Positions 22,201 through 22,308 of a stretch of 22,308 nt of DNA are shown here, in pieces. A model generated the notes under the pieces. It saw only the letters and a list, made by a program, of their open reading frames with translations. It did not search any database and was not told the origin of the DNA. This DNA comes from Catajapyx aquilonaris (lineage: Eukaryota), in NCBI GenBank assembly GCA_000934665.2, contig JYFJ02001298.1, positions 62,001 through 84,308 on the forward strand, written 5' to 3'. A program made the position numbers and the translations under genes. Within the stretch, counting starts at the first letter, position 1; every line of letters starts with the position of its first letter.

Positions 22201-22308
22201 GTGAGTCATACTTTTTTGTGGGGGGACACTCTCATTATGCGACGTCCAACGATTAATGACAACGCCTTGCGGGAATCTAACGACAATTAACTAACTGACA
22301 ATAGTTCA

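Overview
Eukaryotic, almost certainly arthropod, genomic DNA with compact 54-90 nt GT-AG introns. The left part holds three coding exons of an EGR/stripe (Krox-24 family) triple C2H2 zinc-finger gene on + (1316-3904); its first exon was not found. About 10 kb of non-coding DNA follows, with three MITE-like inverted-repeat elements across the locus, two degenerate tandem arrays and many CRE, CArG and EGR motifs. On the minus strand lie a complete 5-exon SERAC1 (14309-16586, ~617 aa) and a 6-exon KANSL3/NSL3 (17700-21714, ~1228 aa). The probable first exon of a divergent + strand gene starts at 22002. The most notable observations are: (1) an orphan immediate-early-type promoter at ~11.96-12.17 kb (ETS+CArG, 3x TGACGTCA, EGR site, TATA, splice donor) with no recognisable ORF behind it and two perfect EGR sites ~1.1 kb downstream; (2) a MITE in the Egr intron carrying CRE/CCAAT/X-box/YY1 motifs; (3) a cryptic spliced + strand transcript between SERAC1 and KANSL3; (4) a KANSL3 tail with AT-hook and SIM-like motifs. 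All calls were made by eye, without database searches.
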